DNA of 64,000 nucleotides from Lama guanicoe. Its lineage: Eukaryota. The stretch covers positions 8,031,095 to 8,095,094 of the forward strand of contig MU054391.1 in NCBI GenBank assembly GCA_013239625.1, given 5' to 3'. Position numbers and translations under genes: made by a program. Below, piece by piece: positions 63,106-64,000 of this stretch. The notes under the pieces were generated by a model. That model was not told the origin of the DNA, searched no databases, and was given only the letters and a program-made list of their open reading frames with translations. Position 1 is the first letter of the stretch. Each line of letters starts with the position of its first letter.

Positions 63106-64000
63106 TGACAAAAGGCCAAGCATACTACACATTCAGAAAACTAGTATCTTAAAGATGCTAACAAGTATCCTTCATTGCAGCACATATCCAGCTGCTTCAA
63201 GGGCACCTTCCTGCATAGGACGTGACATCGTGAATTAGGATTTTAATTTATAAACCTGTTTGCCATGCGAAGACACTGGGTCCAGAAATGCAAATAACTT
63301 CTCAGTTTATGCAGCTACTGGTGCAGCTGGAAAAAGAATGCTCGTCTTTGGACTTCTAATCTCCCCCCGCCCCTTGTGGGAAGTGTACTCACACTGTGAT
63401 GCTTCCTAGACGTGTCCTAATCTTAGTGTGACTTTGACAGTTGGTAAGTAGAGGGCGTGGGTTCTGTCCACAGACACTTGCATTGCGTGAGGGTCCTCGT
63501 GCACATGACACTGCCTGGGATTTATGATTCTGAAAGATGGAGCCTTTCTGGAAGTCTTTTCACTGACTGGCCAGCAAGCATGTGCACCAAAAAGCTAATG
63601 GCATCTTGGAGTATGAGGTAATGATTTATATGACAAGTTCCTTAAGTGTTAAAAATGTTGGCAGTTCACATCCAGGAGGCCACATGCATGGAGCTCCTCT
63701 CTTCTGCCATGGACTGCTGATAAAATACTTTTAATTATATTATGCAATCATCCCAAAGAAAATAGATAGCTTTCAGCTGCTGAGTTTCCTTTCAATGACC
63801 TGATTAAAATGCATCAGGGGAGACGGGGCCCAGATGTTTTTGTCACTAACTGATAAGATATTGCTAGTAATCCTCACCGATTGCTGAAATTATAGCAAAA
63901 ATGCAAATAACAGGAAAAGAGCCATGTCTTAATAGCAAGATAGGAACAGCATCTCCTGTAAGCTGTATCTTTTGAGGATTTATCTTTCTTTACCTTTTAA

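Noticed and set aside
63255..63330. Minus-strand exon-like segment (ttctttttccAG ... CAG|GTTTAT)
   Set aside because: Stops in all three frames and a weak donor; no support as a coding exon.
1..64000. A novel multi-gene or defence-type biological system
   Set aside because: No intact coding genes, RNA genes or arrays were found. The content is explained by ordinary mammalian repeats and candidate cis-regulatory elements.

Overview
This is a 64-kb stretch of mammalian, essentially non-coding genomic DNA with one assembly gap (N 2308-2825). The species is probably a camelid (camel, alpaca or llama), inferred from a tRNA-derived SINE at ~31.6 kb that resembles the camelid Vic-1 type and from short young L1 3' tails of the artiodactyl type. 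Much of the window is old interspersed repeat: MIR, L2, MLT1 (MaLR) LTRs, L1M/HAL1 fragments, MER20 and Tigger3-type DNA transposons, and a MER41-like ERV1 solo LTR with a 4-bp TSD. I found no protein-coding gene I can name. The only ORF with recognisable homology is a decayed L1 ORF2 reverse-transcriptase fragment (51490-51768, minus). The unique sequence holds candidate regulatory elements: a promoter-like block at ~250-720 (perfect NRF1 palindrome, GATA sites, E-box), an RFX X-box (7307), CLEAR-type E-boxes (21.4-21.7 kb), a ~400-bp CpG island (54.7-55.1 kb), and three CTCF-like motifs in forward/reverse/forward orientation. I found no convincing previously undescribed biological system; the findings are modest, testable hypotheses. 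Repeat subfamily names come from recalled consensus sequences, repeat boundaries are approximate, and both need RepeatMasker/Dfam confirmation.
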